The position numbers were made by a program, and so were the translations under genes. Below are positions 62,349-64,000 of a stretch of DNA of 64,000 nucleotides, in pieces. The notes under the pieces were generated by a model that had not been told where the DNA came from, ran no database searches, and saw only the letters and a program-made list of their open reading frames with translations. The DNA lies in the IMG/VR virus record IMGVR_UViG_3300032267_001484; one strand, 5' to 3'. The DNA is from a virus. Positions within the stretch are counted from its first letter, which is position 1; the number at the start of each line of letters is the position of its first letter.

Positions 62349-62630
62349 CTATTTCTTGGGCGCTTTAGCTACATATGTGGGCTTTTTAGGAGCTATATTT
62401 GGTCGTGATAATTCCTTATTAGATGTATTGTTTCTTAATAGATTTTGTTGTTTTTCTGCTTCTTCTTTTTGTTTTTCAAAATATTCCTTTAATGTTTCAA
62501 ACGTAAATCTACGTAACCATATAGGCATATTATATATAGTATCCCAATCATATCCACCATTACCATGGAATACTATTTGATGTATTTGAGAAAATAATTG
62601 AAGTCTATAACTAGGCGTCAGGCCAAAAAA
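62349..62630 (-). CDS. frameshift-accessed extension of the tail chaperone (gp51-like)
   Basis: FFGLTPSYRLQLFSQIHQIVFHGNGGYDWDTIYNMPIWLRRF...*; no start codon at the 5' end; begins in a T7 run. Confidence 0.7.
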   Translation of the reverse strand, partial: FFGLTPSYRLQLFSQIHQIVFHGNGGYDWDTIYNMPIWLRRFTFETLKEYFEKQKEEAEKQQNLLRNNTSNKELSRPNIAPKKPTYVAKAPKK

Positions 62631-63348
62631 AGTTAATAGATACTGGAATATCTATACCCTCCTTTGTATAGTCATCTCCTTCAGGGTAATAAATTGTATC
62701 TATATCTGGGGTTATTTCGTTATAATATTTACGTAATGCTCTTGAATCTTGAGCTAATAAATAATTGTCAACAAAATCACGAATATCTTTTTGTTCACGT
62801 TTACCCTCAACTGAAGTAACCATATATTTTAGTCGAGTAGTAAGATCTGATGATGAATTAGGGTTAATTTTTTGTAATCCCCTAATTTCAGCTTCTATTT
62901 TTTGTTCATCACCGTGAGTTAATAATTTAAAAGTAACAACATTTCCTGATTGAGGCAATGTAAATAAGAATTCATTTACTCCTCTTTTATATAATGAATA
63001 ATCAACTTTTTTATCTTCTAATTTAGATAAATCAGCAGTATATTCTTTTCCTCCATTATTAAATTTATAATCCTTACCATAACCTAAAACACGAGCAGCA
63101 ATAATAATTGCATTTTTGTCACCAATTAATAATTCATTATAATCAATAGGTGTAACAATTAACGATTGAAGCAATTTATCAATTACTGTACCTTGACGAA
63201 TGTAGTTAGCATTAGTAAGAATATCTTCTTCCCTTGCTGTCATATACTTCATTTCAATTTCACCTTTAGCTAGTGGTGATGTTTCGGGATACAATAAACC
63301 TTTTGAAGGAAGCGAAACTGTTTCTGTTGGAATTTTTAATTCAGCCAT
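62611..63348 (-). CDS. tail assembly chaperone / gp26-like hub assembly protein
   Basis: LPSKGLLY, YMTAREEDIL, ends NFFWPDA. Confidence 0.78.
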   Translation of the reverse strand: MAELKIPTETVSLPSKGLLYPETSPLAKGEIEMKYMTAREEDILTNANYIRQGTVIDKLLQSLIVTPIDYNELLIGDKNAIIIAARVLGYGKDYKFNNGGKEYTADLSKLEDKKVDYSLYKRGVNEFLFTLPQSGNVVTFKLLTHGDEQKIEAEIRGLQKINPNSSSDLTTRLKYMVTSVEGKREQKDIRDFVDNYLLAQDSRALRKYYNEITPDIDTIYYPEGDDYTKEGIDIPVSINFFWPDA

Positions 63349-63388
63349 ATAACGTTTTATTTATTTTATATATATAAATATACAAAAA

Positions 63389-63419
63389 GAAAAGACGTTT
63401 GCCGAAGCAAACGCCTTTT
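63389..63419 (-). terminator. intrinsic terminator after tail tube
   Basis: GGCGTTTGC-TTCG-GCAAACGTC followed by a T-run. Confidence 0.8.
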
Positions 63420-63441
63420 TTAAGAGGAATATAGGGAATGG

Positions 63442-63927
63442 TTAGAAATTCAATACACAGTAATCCATAGCGATTGTTACAGCTAAACTAACTGCAGCAT
63501 CTGCACTCCAATCATAATCTCCAAAAGTAGCTGTTTTTACATAAGCTCCTTTTACAATCCACTCACCTACGATATCACCTACAGGGCCTAAGATATTCAA
63601 TGCTAAATCTTTCTTATAGAAATCAGAATAACCATCACGACCAGTTACTGATTCGTGTGCTAAACGAGCCCATTCCATTACGGCTTGTCCACCGGATGGG
63701 GTTACAGGATCGTATAATTCTAAAGTCATATCATTCCACTTAACTTTACCTTTTACTTTACGGTAAACGTTAATGTGGTCTAATATAATTTCACCAGCGT
63801 CAAATCCAGGAGCAGATGCTTTTTTAATCAAGTATGCAGGAATACCATCAATATACATGATAAAGCGATTCTGAACTTTAGGTTCAAATGCTGTGAACAT
63901 TATTTCGTTTGCGTCTAATACTGCCAT
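63442..63927 (-). CDS. tail tube protein (gp19-like)
   Basis: FEPKVQNRF, W..MTLELYDP, QAVMEW, GDYDW. Confidence 0.87.
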   Translation of the reverse strand: MAVLDANEIMFTAFEPKVQNRFIMYIDGIPAYLIKKASAPGFDAGEIILDHINVYRKVKGKVKWNDMTLELYDPVTPSGGQAVMEWARLAHESVTGRDGYSDFYKKDLALNILGPVGDIVGEWIVKGAYVKTATFGDYDWSADAAVSLAVTIAMDYCVLNF

Positions 63928-63975
63928 TTTATTTTAATTTTATTGCTATTAATAAATATTAGCAACTACATTCCC

Positions 63976-64000
63976 CTATCCAGGGAATGTAGCGCCGGTT
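63976..64000 (-). CDS. 3' end of tail sheath protein (partial)
   Basis: ...TGATFPG* immediately upstream of the tube gene. Confidence 0.6.

Overview
A 64-kb AT-rich segment of a large T4-like myovirus genome, almost entirely on the minus strand. The host is probably Bacteroidota, from TTTG-N19/20-TAnnTTTA promoters and a YALAA-ending tmRNA tag. Transcription runs right to left through these modules. (1) Tail: sheath end, tube, chaperone with a likely programmed frameshift, tape measure, baseplate and hub with M15 peptidase. (2) Replication and recombination: PolA-like protein, SSB, RecA, 5'-3' exonuclease, DnaB, class II RNR. (3) 7-deazaguanine cluster: queD, a TGT/DpdA-like gene, queC, queE, folE, PRTase. 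(4) dCTP deaminase/dUTPase, PolB, clamp, Hsp20/GroES/GroEL, clamp loader, Cas4-like nuclease. (5) A ~17-kb glycosyltransferase/methyltransferase/radical-SAM island and ClpP. (6) An RNA-rich region with tmRNA, tRNA-Leu, an enlarged tRNA-like RNA and two other structured elements, followed by small membrane proteins and lipoproteins. Three intact homing endonucleases and one remnant are present. The most unusual signals are at RNA level: ORFs enclosed in ~20-bp long-range stems, the enlarged tRNA-like RNA, a long tmRNA tag, a +1/-2 frameshift, an ATC-start dnaB and a hairpin-gated HNH gene. All calls come from reading motifs by eye; no searches were run.
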